A DNA stretch of 64,000 bases, taken from contig RDEW01000002.1 of assembly GCA_011109175.1 (NCBI GenBank), positions 2,308,244 through 2,372,243 on the forward strand. Direction: 5' to 3'. The DNA comes from Dicyema japonicum. Its lineage: Eukaryota > Animalia > Dicyemida. A program made the position numbers and the translations under genes. The notes below the pieces were generated by a model. It did not search any database and was not told where the DNA came from. It saw only the letters and a list, made by a program, of their open reading frames with translations. Positions 63,665-64,000 of this stretch are shown here, one piece after another (position 1 is the first letter of the stretch; every line of letters starts with the position of its first letter).

Positions 63665-63960
63665 ATATGTTTCCATTACTTAAACCTCATTTAAGTCTCA
63701 TTCTTTATTTTAAGAAGTAAGAACAGTAATGTTAATTAATTCAAGGAATATCCAAAACATTTAAAAAGGTCTTGACTTTTCGGCACTTCCTTGTGTGTGA
63801 GCCACATAAGGGAATCCAGTTCTGTAGTAAAAAAAGACTGATGACGGCGTCACTCGACAACCCAAAGAATCGTAGATGTGTGGTACCTACAACTGAATGT
63901 ACGAGGCGAGATTCGAACCCGGGACCTCCTGATTCGGTCTATCATCTCCTCTACCTAAAC
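63665..63960 (-). mobile_element. tRNA-derived SINE, copy F
   Basis: The reverse complement has the ggttcgaatc B box, the TGACGCCGTCATCAGT core and the same 3' region. Confidence 0.8.
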
Positions 63961-64000
63961 TTTGGTTCATCTTATTGAGATCAAGGTAGTAAAAATCTCC

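Noticed and set aside
63838-63890. CTGATGA in antisense SINE copies as a hammerhead core
   Set aside because: No stem II-GAAA-stem III arrangement follows in any copy examined.

Overview
Eukaryotic, most likely metazoan, nuclear DNA with extremely short GT-AG introns of 20-27 nt (34 distinct introns read by hand in 5 gene types). This fits a dicyemid mesozoan (cephalopod kidney parasite) best, but the taxon is an inference. The ORF track breaks up every host gene. Manual splicing recovers: the 5' part of RNA polymerase I subunit RPA2 (minus strand); a complete CTP synthase; a small secreted protein with two ShK domains that is absent from the ORF track; an HtrL/YibB-family glycosyltransferase-like gene with two decayed copies; and four GT31 beta-1,3-glycosyltransferase copies. 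The glycosyltransferase genes lie on a ~9 kb tandem segmental duplication. The rest is dense, nested transposons: CRE-clade and R4/Dong-like RLE retrotransposons, RTE-like and Jockey/I-like LINE fragments, a structured tRNA-derived SINE, and MULE, hAT and pogo/Tigger elements. The assembly has many probable 1-nt homopolymer deletions, single-n joins and one 566-nt gap, so single frameshifts are weak evidence of pseudogenisation.
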